Source: Bradymonadia bacterium (GTDB lineage: Bacteria; Myxococcota_A; Bradymonadia; UBA7976; UBA1532). From it: 64,000 bases of DNA. A program made the translations under genes and the position numbers. The stretch lies in NCBI GenBank assembly GCA_046290225.1, contig JBKAGE010000036.1, positions 192,001 through 256,000 on the forward strand, written 5' to 3'. Of this stretch, positions 48,801 to 57,449 are shown in pieces. Below the pieces are notes generated by a model. That model saw only the letters and a program-made list of their open reading frames with translations. It made no database searches and was not told the origin of the DNA. How positions within the stretch are numbered: position 1 is the first letter of the stretch; every line of letters starts with the position of its first letter.

Positions 48801-51800
48801 AGTCGAAGAACGGCGCGCCCTCGTCGGCGTCGCTGCTGTTGGAGGCGTCGAGGGTGAAGCTCTGACCGATCTCCACCACATATGGGCCACCTGCGTTCGC
48901 CGTGGGGGCGTTCTGTGGCGCGTTGAAGCGGAAGTTCGCCACGATGTCGGTGGTGTCGGCGTTGCCGTTGGCGTCGGTGACCGTGAGACGCACCGTACGG
49001 GTGGCATCCCCGTTGGGGCGGGGGTTGAACACCACCTGCAGGCTCGCCTGCTCACCGTTGGCGTCGACGCTGCCGTCGCCGTCGAGATCCCAGGTCCAGG
49101 CCTGATTCTGCCCCTCGGGGCTCTCGTGACCCGAGGCCCTGGCGTCGAGGTTGATGGTGGCCAGGCCGTTCACCGCGATGCCTGCAGGATCAGGCGTGAT
49201 GACGCCTGCGGCCACGGGGCGTGTGCCGAAGATGGTCAGGGTGGCGCTGTCGGTGTGGCTGATCCCGAAGGCATCGGTCACCCGCACCGTCACCGTGTTG
49301 CTCGGCAGGCCCGTGTTCGGGTTCGCCGGACCCGCGAAGATGCTCGACACCTGGCCAGCGTTCAGGGCCAGGCTCGCGCCGTCGCCATCATCGAACTGGC
49401 CATCGCCGTCGAGATCCCAGGCGTAGGTCACGCTGTCGCCACACTGGGCGACATCGGCGTCGCTCGACCCCGCGGCGCTCAGAGTCACCCCATCGCCAGA
49501 GTCGAGCACGTAGGGCCCATTGGCCTCGGCCTGAGGCGGACGGTTGCCCTGGTTCACGTCGATGGTCTCGGTGGCGGTGTCGGTGTTGCCGTCCTCGTCG
49601 GTCACCACCAGGGTCACCCTGGCCTGACCGAAGCCGCCGAGGGTGAAGTTGGCGGTGCTGCCCTGGGCCTGAGCCGCCTGGACGAACTGACCATCGAGGC
49701 CCGCGAGCTCCAGCGTCCAGTCGTAGGACTGGATGCTGTTGAGGGGGCTGCGGTGACGAGAGCTGCGACCGTCGGCGTTGAGGGCGCCGTTGCAGCTGCC
49801 CTGGGCTACGTTGAGGCTGAAGGCCGCCTCCGGGCTGTTGTCGTAGATGGTCAGCGTGGCCGTGTCGGTCACCGAAGCGTTGTTCTCGTCGGTCCCTCGG
49901 ATCGTGATCGTGTGTGCGCCGACCCCCAGAGCAGAGAGCGTGTTCGCCGAGAGCAACGGCGTAGCGCCGCTGGCGTCGCCGAACTGTCCATTGCCCGTTA
50001 GATCCCAGGCAAAGGCCACCTCGTCGCCACAACCCACGTTGGGATCAGAGCCCGAGCCCTGAAGCGCCAGGGTCTCGCCGAGGTTCACTTCGTAGTCGGG
50101 GCCAGCGTTCACGCTGGGGCTGAGGTTCTGGCTCGCCTGCACGGTGATGACCACGGTGTCGGTGGCCAGCTGCCCTGCCGAGTCCTCTACCTGCAACGTG
50201 GCCGTGAACGAGCCAGAGTTCTGATAGGTGTAGTTGTACGTGGCGTTTCGATCAGCGGTGCTGAACTCGAAGGTGCCGTCCCCGTCGGCATCCCACCGAT
50301 AGGCGTCAATGGTGGCGTCGGTGTCCGGGTGGAACGAGTCCGCGTGACTGAAGGTCACCTGGCCAGCGCCGCCGCCAGAGCAGCCCTCGATGACTGTGTC
50401 GGGCGCCACCGCGGCCACCGCCTCTGGCTTCGGGGTAAAGAGGGTGGGCGTCAGCACCAGCACCCCCATCGTCGTAGCCAGCTCAAAGTCGAGGTGGTCG
50501 TGGCTGCTGTAGGGGCCCCACCCCTGCCAGCTGCCGTCGGCATTCTGGGTGCGCAGCAGCGAGACCGAGTCCTGGTGATACCAGTCGAGGCCGTTGAAGT
50601 CGGCGATCTCCGGCACTGTGGATCGGGCGCCCTTCTGGTTCGAGTATATGGCGTACATCTTCAGCTGGGCGCCGTTGCTGTTGTTGTAGTTGCCGTCGTG
50701 CCACTGGCGCGTGAAGTTGTTGCCGATCCAGTCGAAGGAGCGGTCGAAGATCTGGTGCGCTTCGCAGCGGGTGATGCTGGCGTAGGGCAGGTAGGGCTGC
50801 TCGTTGACGTTCACCCCGTTGGCGCCGTCACAGTTGAACTGGTTGGGATCGTTCCAACCCAGCAGACCACCGCCCACCAGCAGGCCACCGGTGAGGTTCT
50901 CCGGCGCGTAGGCGGCGTTCCAGCCCTTGGCGTTGCGGTAGGAGACCACGCCGCTGGCGAACTGGGAGTGACGCAGCTGGTTGGCGATACGACCCCGGGC
51001 GAAGTCGTTCACATAGACGCCGTAATCCTCCATGGCCCGGTAGCAGCTCTCGAGGCCGATGAGGCCCCACTGCACCGTCGAGCCATCAGCGTTGTTCGTG
51101 GTCGTGGAAGGATTGGGGGTGTAGTACCAGGCCCCCATACCGTTCACGTCCTGGGCACCATCCATCTGGGCCCAGACCAGCCAGTCCACCATCTGCTGAC
51201 CCACGAAGGGCCAGGTCTGGTTCTGGGCGACGCCCAGCTGCACCACGGTGTCGCCGAGGGGGGCAGTGGCCACCCCCATGCCGGCGATGGCCACGCCGTT
51301 GCCGTAGATGCGGTTGGTGGTGATGCCGTTGAAGTAGAGCCCCTGGCCATCATTGGTGCCGACCACGGCGGGGTTGCCGTCGTCGCCCTCGTCGTCGCCG
51401 CTGAGGCCGCCCTGATAGGCCGCGTTGCTCATGAACCAGTTGATCACGCGGATCGCATCCTCCGAGTACGGAGAGTTGTTCCACATCTGATCGTTCTGGA
51501 AGGTCTCGTCGGCGGTCATGGGGCCCACATAGGTCCCTGGAGGATAGGCCGCGATGTAACCGTTGAGCGTCAGCGCCCAGATGTAGGCCCCCGAAGAGGC
51601 GGCCTGATCCTGCCCGGCGTTGGAGTCGGGCCCCCGGACGCTGCCGGTGATGGTGTTGTTGCTCCCCGCCCGGTTCACCATCTGCTTGTGCATGAACCAC
51701 AAGCCGTTGTCGATGGCCCGACGGCGCATGATGCCGAGCTGGTTCTCCGTGGCGTTGTTGGCGTTGGAGAGCGTGGGCACGTCGGCGTAGATGAACACCG

Positions 51801-52176
51801 GGTACGAGCCGAAGGCGGTGTCACCGGCGTTGTCGGTGACCCGAATGTTGGCGATGATCAACGTGTTCTCGGCGACGTCGGGGTAGGTGTACGACGCCTC
51901 GAGCACGTAGGGATCGCTCGTGTTGTAGGTGTAGTCGTAGGTGCCGTCGCCCTGGTAGTCGAAGGACACGGTGTACGGCCCCGATCCTTCACGCACGATG
52001 GCCTTGAAGGTGGTGGCCGTCTGGTTCATGGCCGCGTGGGGCACGGTCAGATCGTTGGGGTTCTGGGGGACCGGCACCACAGTGAGCGCCGACGCGGTGC
52101 CCACAGCCGCCAGGGTGCTGAAACAGCCCAGGAGAGCGCCGAGCCAACGTCGGCGAAGATTTCGGTGACGATTCAT
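42826..52176 (-). CDS. Giant (~3100 aa) secreted protein: prenyltransferase-like alpha/alpha toroid, many PKD domains, TSP3 repeats, C-terminal hexapeptide (LbH) repeats
   Basis: ATG after GGAGG; signal peptide; QW-like motifs (WLVWAQMDG..GAWYY, LLRTQNADGSW); more than a dozen Y.WD.D.DG..V.L.VTD PKD modules; DNCP TSP3 repeats; long VG.N hexapeptide run. Confidence 0.88.
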   Translation of the reverse strand: MNRHRNLRRRWLGALLGCFSTLAAVGTASALTVVPVPQNPNDLTVPHAAMNQTATTFKAIVREGSGPYTVSFDYQGDGTYDYTYNTSDPYVLEASYTYPDVAENTLIIANIRVTDNAGDTAFGSYPVFIYADVPTLSNANNATENQLGIMRRRAIDNGLWFMHKQMVNRAGSNNTITGSVRGPDSNAGQDQAASSGAYIWALTLNGYIAAYPPGTYVGPMTADETFQNDQMWNNSPYSEDAIRVINWFMSNAAYQGGLSGDDEGDDGNPAVVGTNDGQGLYFNGITTNRIYGNGVAIAGMGVATAPLGDTVVQLGVAQNQTWPFVGQQMVDWLVWAQMDGAQDVNGMGAWYYTPNPSTTTNNADGSTVQWGLIGLESCYRAMEDYGVYVNDFARGRIANQLRHSQFASGVVSYRNAKGWNAAYAPENLTGGLLVGGGLLGWNDPNQFNCDGANGVNVNEQPYLPYASITRCEAHQIFDRSFDWIGNNFTRQWHDGNYNNSNGAQLKMYAIYSNQKGARSTVPEIADFNGLDWYHQDSVSLLRTQNADGSWQGWGPYSSHDHLDFELATTMGVLVLTPTLFTPKPEAVAAVAPDTVIEGCSGGGAGQVTFSHADSFHPDTDATIDAYRWDADGDGTFEFSTADRNATYNYTYQNSGSFTATLQVEDSAGQLATDTVVITVQASQNLSPSVNAGPDYEVNLGETLALQGSGSDPNVGCGDEVAFAWDLTGNGQFGDASGATPLLSANTLSALGVGAHTITIRGTDENNASVTDTATLTIYDNSPEAAFSLNVAQGSCNGALNADGRSSRHRSPLNSIQSYDWTLELAGLDGQFVQAAQAQGSTANFTLGGFGQARVTLVVTDEDGNTDTATETIDVNQGNRPPQAEANGPYVLDSGDGVTLSAAGSSDADVAQCGDSVTYAWDLDGDGQFDDGDGASLALNAGQVSSIFAGPANPNTGLPSNTVTVRVTDAFGISHTDSATLTIFGTRPVAAGVITPDPAGIAVNGLATINLDARASGHESPEGQNQAWTWDLDGDGSVDANGEQASLQVVFNPRPNGDATRTVRLTVTDANGNADTTDIVANFRFNAPQNAPTANAGGPYVVEIGQSFTLDASNSSDADEGAPFFDFISRVEWDLNNDGVFDFSADRADTNGDGRIDGNDDGPYTQVVTAQQLAGLGINADGDYPVTVRVTDGVGLTGTDGAILDLRGVNPIAEGSASVNVAGCNQDVSFDGRASSHENPDKNITAYAWDFESDGTFDANTAVATHAYPAFGNYTATLRVSDADGRTDEITIDIAVSAGNLPPVGETNGPYEMELGDDLTLDASGSGDPDSACGDSVVTYEWLVDLGNGEEVIANGANPTVAANDLQGLQGPAHPNTGLPANTLILRVTDSLGRSNTAETTLTVYGGDPVPVADAQPDPAPIQVGNNTATTRLDATGSSHQNPVRSNVSYSWDLDDNGTEDANGAQADLAVVFDPVPNNPVDRDVRLTVTDDAGNSASVVFQVTFQPPPTPPVIDADPTDNPETGYAIDLGQGVTLDASASYDLDVDDFGDFIARFEWDVDNDGTADSIFERADTNNDGNPDADGALQATLALTAQDLAGFGLDAPGEYTVTLRGYDALGLSNTDTTVITVYGIDPIADAAANTNQAGCDQTIEFTGEGSSHQNPNRNIVAYAWDFDYQVGSFEAQANGQTVNHEFDGFGDYTVALRVTDDAGRTSIDTVDVQVNAGNRPPEAALAGPIFGTVGAGITLDASASVDPDADCGDAIATYGFDIDNDGTVDVTQDDATLAVTWAQIQGFGLSFPADPESGAPNNTISVTVTDGFGATSTVGTTVTLYGNNPRPSFEIAANPTLVRMSGVGVASVDASGSGHDNPGRNNVTYSWDLDNDGDEDATGAQVELSKRFEGASDGDTFEVPVRLTVTDDEGASADVVGTLNFLYRQAPNAPVLEGPTTFGIDFDGVVDLTISTRASRSGDANAPYFDFITEVAWDLDRDGQPDYTNTLRDANNNGFLDEGDFDALNEGEMDTVTFTYDQMSNDTDVDAAGEYTIDVYITDASGLTTSGTRTLNVYDIVPVADFQVSAAVAACGEELTFDASNSSHTNPNREIVLYQWDFDSDGSFDAEGQTVDFTYTQFGDFVATLRVTDAQGNTDTHEVAVEVSSGNRAPSPALDGPYTLNTGEALTINASASSDPDEICGDAIASYTVALNGAQIGAFGAGFNGEATFNAAELANNGLQGPANPNTHQPGNTITLTVTDGFGVESVVTTSLVVYDNEPVAVFGADTQVAGCGTPFNFDAAGSFHTDPRRGLANYAWDFSYDGNFQAEANGVEASNEYTTPGDHVVALQVTDEAGQTDLTTMTVTLSVQNVAPVADAGDAYQTAFVNGNPIAIDLDATDSFDANAPCDSIVSYQWDLDGDGAYDDAEGPVIEGYTNPNWAAGLSQVVRVRVTDGSGASSTADAIIRVLDEPPPSITSTAPSGGSTVCGTIDLAFDVSDPEGDVVTVIASVGGQEIGRQDYDTPDDGSALSEVMQVLSEDIGDGEFRVTLEARDGGGARVEDVSDAFTVSTADTDNDGVYNCADNCPDDANADQADTDGDGLGDACETDTDNDGVADDTDNCIDTQNPGQDDQDADGLGDACDLCAADPDNDIDNDGICGDVDNCPRHANPGQVDDNGDGFGDVCVNPDADLGEGNDIGVGVEVGEGVELGDGSAVGDNVNLGDNADLGDNVQLGDNVDVGEGADLGNNVQVEEDVAIGDGANIENGVEIGAGADVGNNVEIAALADVGDNADIGDNVVIQENVVVGNDVELAGGDNPVNVGIGANVGDGSTVDEGTVIGNGVEVGAGSDVGANVELQPNTSVGEGAQVADNVTVNANSDVGDNANIGEGAIISDYVEVGNDVTVGAGTEVGYSATVGDNVTFGANGTIRGTVGNNVTIGDRANMRGRVTVNDNTTIGDDLTMRHLDTIGTGGVIGNGFTMGSRASIGDRAQVANNVVLNYRASVGHDAVLADEVQVDDSTQIGDNANIGARTRLYSRGVVGNNVTIGQDCIIGNRTTIGDNTVIEDYTIVYREASIGANVIIRNSGAPDTPRNIGHRNGQVVIGDGAVVDEDLQDRTEVPAAP

Positions 52177-52415
52177 CTCGACCACCTCCACATGTAAGCC
52201 CTAAATATCATTCTGCTTTAACCTGCTATAACGCACGTATTCCAATCATGCGGGAGCATACTCAACCGACCATGAATTGTGAATACAAAGGCGCCTCTCA
52301 ACATACATTGGAGACAATATCACCCAATAGAAACACTGACCCACTTTGAACCCACTCGATCGAGCGAAACAGCAACACGTGGCAGTGGTGAATCTGTAGA
52401 GGGGAAGGCGCCGCT

Positions 52416-53672
52416 TCAGCGGCCTTGGAAGACCGTTTCGTCGATCTCCAGGTTGAGGCGCTCGAATCGGTCGAAGAAGAACGGCACATCGCCCGAGGCG
52501 AGGAACCGACCTCTCACACGTCCTTCGCGATCCGAACCGGTCTCCTCGAAGCGGAAGATGTCTCGCAAGGTGATCAGGCCATCTTCGTCGAGGCCCATGA
52601 TTTCGCTGATCTGCGTCACGCGCCGGGTGCCATCGGAGAGCTGGGTCAGCTGAATGACCAGCTCGAGCCCCTGCACGATCTGATTGCGCACCACCATCGG
52701 CGGCACGCTGCGCCCTGCCAGGTGCACGAGGTTCTCGAGGCGCAACACCACCTCTTGCGGGCTCGCGGCGTGAATGACCGCCATCGACCCTCGGTGACCG
52801 CTGGTCAGCGCCTGCAGGTAGTCGAAGGCCTCGGGGCCTCTGATCTCCCCGAGGATGATGCGGTGGGGCCGCATGCGCAGGCTGTTGACGAAGAGATCTC
52901 TCAGGGTGACCTCGCCCTTGCCCTCGATGTTGGCGTTGCGGGTCTCCATACGCACCACGTGCTGCTGCCTGAGCCGCAGCTCGCAGTTGTCCTCGATGGT
53001 GATGATGCGCTCTCGCTCGTCGATGTAGGCGGAGAGCACCTCCATCAGGGTGGTCTTGCCAGCGCCGGTGGCCCCGGAGATGAGCATGTTGATGCCTGCC
53101 TGTACGCAGGCCCACAAGAACCGGGCCATGGCCACGTCGAGGGTGCCCACCTCCATCAGCTCTTCCAGGCCCGCCATGCTCTTGCCAGGCTTGCGCAGGG
53201 TGACGAAGGGGCCGCCCACGGCGATGGGGCTGTAGACCACGTTCACCCGAGTGCCGTCTTCGAGGTGCAGGTCGGCGCAAGGGCTCGACTCGTCTACGCG
53301 GCGGCCAGAGACCCGAGCCATGCGCTGCACCACCGATTTCAGGTGATGATCGTCGTCGAACCGGAGCTTGCTCTCTTCGAAGATGCCGTTGCGCTCCACA
53401 TAGATGACCTTGGGGCCGTTCACCATGATCTCGGTGACGCTGCCATCTTGGAGCAGGGCGCTCAGCGGGCCATACCCGATGAGATCATCGACGATCTCGT
53501 CGAGCATCCTCTCCCGCTCGTGGGCATCGAGGCGTACGCCGCGCACCCGCTTGAGGTAGCCCTCCAGCTCACGGCGCAACTCGGCGCGGTTGGACTTCTC
53601 CAGCCCTGCACCGCCGCCGCGATCCCGAAACAGGCGGTCTCTGATGGAGCGCTTCAGCTCGGCACGGTTCAT
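52416..53672 (-). CDS. CpaF/TadA-family secretion ATPase
   Basis: GYGPL..LL.D..VTEIMVNG, GATGAGKTT, TIEDNCEL, LRMRPHRIILGEIRG.EA, GHRGSM..HA; AGGAGG RBS before MNRAEL. Confidence 0.93.
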   Translation of the reverse strand: MNRAELKRSIRDRLFRDRGGGAGLEKSNRAELRRELEGYLKRVRGVRLDAHERERMLDEIVDDLIGYGPLSALLQDGSVTEIMVNGPKVIYVERNGIFEESKLRFDDDHHLKSVVQRMARVSGRRVDESSPCADLHLEDGTRVNVVYSPIAVGGPFVTLRKPGKSMAGLEELMEVGTLDVAMARFLWACVQAGINMLISGATGAGKTTLMEVLSAYIDERERIITIEDNCELRLRQQHVVRMETRNANIEGKGEVTLRDLFVNSLRMRPHRIILGEIRGPEAFDYLQALTSGHRGSMAVIHAASPQEVVLRLENLVHLAGRSVPPMVVRNQIVQGLELVIQLTQLSDGTRRVTQISEIMGLDEDGLITLRDIFRFEETGSDREGRVRGRFLASGDVPFFFDRFERLNLEIDETVFQGR

Positions 53673-53755
53673 CGATCCTCCTACGACTCTACCTCTGACG
53701 TTGACCCATGACCTTCGGTGGCGCAACCTCCTCCCTCGAACCCAGGAGTACCCCC

Positions 53756-54052
53756 ATGGACGATCAGACCCGAATCGAAATCGAAGCCGCAGCCTTTCGT
53801 CGTCTCGTAGCACATCTGCGCGGGCGCACCGACGTGCAGAACATCGACCTCATGAACCTCGCGGGCTTCTGCCGCAACTGCCTGAGCAAGTGGTATCAGG
53901 CCGAGGCCGCGGATCGCGGGGTGGAGATGACCAAGCCCGAGGCCCGGGAGACCGTTTACGGCATGCCCTACGACGAGTGGAAGACGAAGTATCAGACGGA
54001 GGCCACGCCAGAGCAAAAGGCGGCCTTCGAGGCGGGCCAGAGCAAGAGCTGA
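53756..54052 (+). CDS. DUF1244-family protein
   Basis: EAAAFRRLV.HL..RTDVQNIDLMNLAGFCRNCLSKWY, VYGMPYDEWK; AGGAG RBS. Confidence 0.9.
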   Translation: MDDQTRIEIEAAAFRRLVAHLRGRTDVQNIDLMNLAGFCRNCLSKWYQAEAADRGVEMTKPEARETVYGMPYDEWKTKYQTEATPEQKAAFEAGQSKS

Positions 54053-54057
54053 CTGCG

Positions 54058-54987
54058 CTATCGAGTTTGGGCCATCCATTCGATGGCTGTGGCCTCTGGC
54101 GGCTGATTGGGCGGATAGCCCACGTGCCCCCCCCATGGGCTCCACGACAACGTCAACAGCGGGTGCCCTCCCCCGTCGATGATCTCTCTCAGCGGCCCCG
54201 CGGGGATGAACGGATCGTGCTCTGCAGCGATGACCAGGGCGCGACGATCCAGCTGCTCGACCCGATGCGCCACTGAGCTCTTCACGTAGTAGTCGTGGGC
54301 GCTGTCGAAGCCAAAGCGCGGCGCCACGGTGAGGGTGTCCCACTCCAAGATGGTCTGCACTGATCGCATGCGGCTCGCCGGCGTGGGCACGGGATCTCGC
54401 CGGGCGATGGCGCCGTACATCTTCTTGAGGGCGTCGAGCATATAGCGCCGATAGATGGGCCACGAGACGGTGTCGAGGTGTTGCTGGGTGCGCTCAAGAT
54501 CGATGGGTGGGCAGATGCCCACCACGCCGAGCACCCGCGGGTCGAGATCTTCGGTGGCGGCCTTGAGGGCCAGGTGACCCCCGAGGGAGTAGCCCATGAT
54601 CCAGATGCGCTCGTCGCTCTGCAGCGACTCGACGATGGCGTGCACATCTTCGGTCAGGCCGGCGTGATAGAAATCGCCCCCCTTCAGATCAGCCCCCCTC
54701 AAGTTGATCCTCAACACGGAATAGCCCGCATCGAGCAGCTGCAGGAGCCCGCTCAACATATAGGCGCTGCCCACACCGCCACCGAGCCCGTGAATCAGGA
54801 TCACGAGATCGGACGCGTCAGCCTGCCGATGCAGGAGGCCGCTGAGCCGGACTGGCCCTCGGCCCTCGGGCTGAACAGTGAGGGACCACCGCTCTCCGCG
54901 AGGCACGGAGATGGGCCGGACCATGTGGCGCAACACCGGCGCCAGGGTCCACACATGGGCGGCGGCTCGATATGTGGGGATGTTCAT
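54058..54987 (-). CDS. Alpha/beta hydrolase (YheT-like)
   Basis: [31 protein letters not shown] overlap with the upstream gene. Confidence 0.9.
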   Translation of the reverse strand: MNIPTYRAAAHVWTLAPVLRHMVRPISVPRGERWSLTVQPEGRGPVRLSGLLHRQADASDLVILIHGLGGGVGSAYMLSGLLQLLDAGYSVLRINLRGADLKGGDFYHAGLTEDVHAIVESLQSDERIWIMGYSLGGHLALKAATEDLDPRVLGVVGICPPIDLERTQQHLDTVSWPIYRRYMLDALKKMYGAIARRDPVPTPASRMRSVQTILEWDTLTVAPRFGFDSAHDYYVKSSVAHRVEQLDRRALVIAAEHDPFIPAGPLREIIDGGGHPLLTLSWSPWGGHVGYPPNQPPEATAIEWMAQTR

Positions 54988-57290
54988 GGCTTGTTCTGAC
55001 CTCGGGGGCTCCACTCCATGCGGGGGGTGTACCGCTCGATGGAGCAGTACTGCTTGGGCCAGGCCATGGGCCAGCCGAGCTCGTGGGCGGCGTGGCGGGT
55101 CCAGTACGGATCGAAGAGGTGTACCCGAGCGAGGGCGCACAGATCAGCCCGCCCAGCGGCGATGATGCTGTTGGCGTCGGCGTACGAAGAGATGTTGCCC
55201 ACGGTCATGGTGGCCATCTGGGCCTCGTGGCGTACCTGATCGCTGAAGGGGGTCTGGAACAATCGACCATATCGAGGACGTGCCTCGGTGCTGGTCTGAC
55301 CCGCAGAGACGTCGACGATGTCACAGCCGAGATCCTGGAGCGCCCCGGCGAGGGCCACGGCGTCCTCCGGGGTCCAGGCGCCATCGACCCAATCCGTGCC
55401 GGAGATGCGGGCTGACATAGGCTTGTGTTGGGGCCACACCGCCCGAATCGCCTCGAAGACCTCCAATGGGAAGCGCATACGATTCTCGAGGCTACCGCCA
55501 TAGGCATCGGTGCGCTGGTTGGAGAGCGGGGTGAGGAAGCTCGACAACAAATAGCCGTGGGCGAGGTGCAGCTCGATCATGTCGAAGCCGGCGGCCTCGG
55601 CCCGTTGAGCCGCAGAGACGAAGTCGTCCCGCACAGCGTCCATGTCTGCCCGGGTCATGGCCTTCGGTGTAGCGTTCGCCGGGCTCCAGGGGATCGCCGA
55701 GGGGGCCAGCAAGGGCCAGTTGCCTTCGGGGAGTGGGGCGTCCATGCCTTCCCACATGACCCGAGTGGACCCTTTGCGACCGGCGTGGGCCAGCTGCATG
55801 CACATGCGGGTCTCGCTGTTCTGGTGCACGAAGTCGACGATCCGGCCCCAGGCGGTCACGTGGGCGTCGCTGTACATGCCAGCGCAGCCAGGGGTGATGC
55901 GCCCCTCGGCGCTCACGTCGGTCATCTCGGTGATGATCAAGCCCGCCCCGCCGATGGCTCTGCTGCCCAGATGAACCAGGTGCCAGTCGTTGGGCATGCC
56001 GTCTTCGGCGGAGTACTGGCACATGGGCGAGACCACCACCCGGTTGGGCAGCACCATGTCCCGGAGCTTGAAGGGGGTGAGCAGCGGCGGCGGGCTCTGA
56101 CCTTCCGGGCTGCGATGCACCGGGACACCGCTCTGGGCCTCGGCCCGATCGGCATGCCACTGATCGACCCGGGCCACCATCTCAGGATCCCGCAGGCGTA
56201 GATTCTCGTGGGTGATGCGGAGGCTGCGGGTGAGCAGACTGAAGGCGAACTGAAGCGGCTCGAGGCGGCCGAAGTAGCGCTCGGTCTCCTCGAACCATTG
56301 CAGGCTTACCTGAGCCGCTCGCTGGGTGCTCTCCACCCCTGTCCGGCGCTCTTCTTCGTACATCTCCAGGGCCTCGGAGACCTGCCCGGGCCTGGCCTCA
56401 AGGGCGTCGACGAGGGCGATGGCGTCTTCCATGGCCAGCTTGGTGCCCGAGCCGATGCTGAAGTGAGCGGTGTGGGCAGCGTCGCCGAGCAGCACCACGT
56501 TCTCGTGGTGCCATCTGGCGTTGCTCACCGTGGGGAACTGCCGCCAGATGGACCGGTTGGCGAGCAACGGGTGGCCTTCGAGCTCTTCAGCGAACAGCTC
56601 GGCGCAGTAGGCCGCCGTGGTGTCTTCGTCAGCCTCGTGCAGGCCTGCAGCCCGCCACGTCTCCTCCGTGGCCTCGACGATGAAGGTGCTCAGCCCCTGA
56701 TCATATTGGTAGGCGTGCACCCGCCACAGGCCATGCGCGTTCTCCTTGAAGTAGAACGTGAAAGCGGAGAACGGCCGGGTGGTGCCCAGCCACACGAATC
56801 GATTGGGCCGCCAGTCCAGAGTGGGCTGAAAGTGCTCCGCCAGGGCGCCGCGGATACCGCTGTTCACCCCATCGCAGGCGACGATCAGGTCAGCATCGGC
56901 GAAGGCTCGGTGGTCTTCCACGGGGTGTTCGAAGATCAGCTCCACCCCCAAAGTGGCTGCCCGCTCGTACAGGATGTCGAGCAGGGTCTGACGCGCCAGG
57001 CCGCTGAAGCCATGGCCGGTGGAGACCTCGACCTCACCCTGGTAGTGAATGTGGATGTCGTCCCAGTGGGCAAAGGCCGCCGTGATGGCGCCATACGTCA
57101 CCGGATCTGCCTCGGCGAGGTTGCCCAGGGTCTCGTCGGAGAACACCACCCCGAACCCGAAGGTGTCGTCGGCGCGGTTGCGCTCGTAGATCCGCACACG
57201 GTGCTCGGGGCGCTTTTGTTTGAGCAAGATGCCGAGGTAGACCCCAGCAGGGCCACCGCCAATACAGACCACGTCGAGGGGGGCGCTCAA
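54984..57290 (-). CDS. Bifunctional salicylyl-CoA 5-hydroxylase / anthraniloyl-CoA monooxygenase-type FAD monooxygenase + OYE oxidoreductase
   Basis: [41 protein letters not shown] part [29 protein letters not shown] start after GGAGG. Confidence 0.92.
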   Translation of the reverse strand: MSAPLDVVCIGGGPAGVYLGILLKQKRPEHRVRIYERNRADDTFGFGVVFSDETLGNLAEADPVTYGAITAAFAHWDDIHIHYQGEVEVSTGHGFSGLARQTLLDILYERAATLGVELIFEHPVEDHRAFADADLIVACDGVNSGIRGALAEHFQPTLDWRPNRFVWLGTTRPFSAFTFYFKENAHGLWRVHAYQYDQGLSTFIVEATEETWRAAGLHEADEDTTAAYCAELFAEELEGHPLLANRSIWRQFPTVSNARWHHENVVLLGDAAHTAHFSIGSGTKLAMEDAIALVDALEARPGQVSEALEMYEEERRTGVESTQRAAQVSLQWFEETERYFGRLEPLQFAFSLLTRSLRITHENLRLRDPEMVARVDQWHADRAEAQSGVPVHRSPEGQSPPPLLTPFKLRDMVLPNRVVVSPMCQYSAEDGMPNDWHLVHLGSRAIGGAGLIITEMTDVSAEGRITPGCAGMYSDAHVTAWGRIVDFVHQNSETRMCMQLAHAGRKGSTRVMWEGMDAPLPEGNWPLLAPSAIPWSPANATPKAMTRADMDAVRDDFVSAAQRAEAAGFDMIELHLAHGYLLSSFLTPLSNQRTDAYGGSLENRMRFPLEVFEAIRAVWPQHKPMSARISGTDWVDGAWTPEDAVALAGALQDLGCDIVDVSAGQTSTEARPRYGRLFQTPFSDQVRHEAQMATMTVGNISSYADANSIIAAGRADLCALARVHLFDPYWTRHAAHELGWPMAWPKQYCSIERYTPRMEWSPRGQNKP

Positions 57291-57449
57291 TCTCTGACCT
57301 CCGAGTGCGTTCACCGCGAGACACATTCTGCTGCCCACAGCACCACGTCAAGGCGACCAGACACATCGACGTGCGATTGGCCTGGACGCCCTCGCCCTTC
57401 GTCATTTATTGAGGCTGTCATCGCTCACCCTGATGAGGACATCTATAAT

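Noticed and set aside
43306..52197. Very long plus-strand ORFs (903, 1142 and 622 aa)
   Set aside because: Shadows of the giant minus-strand gene caused by high GC3. The same applies to 6900-8435, 11047-13731, 19686-22139, 24412-27660, 33212-34984 and 52425-53711 relative to their opposite-strand genes.
56208..57449. 414-codon N-terminal extension of the S46 peptidase ORF
   Set aside because: Overlaps the monooxygenase gene on the opposite strand; the signal peptide begins at ATG 57450.
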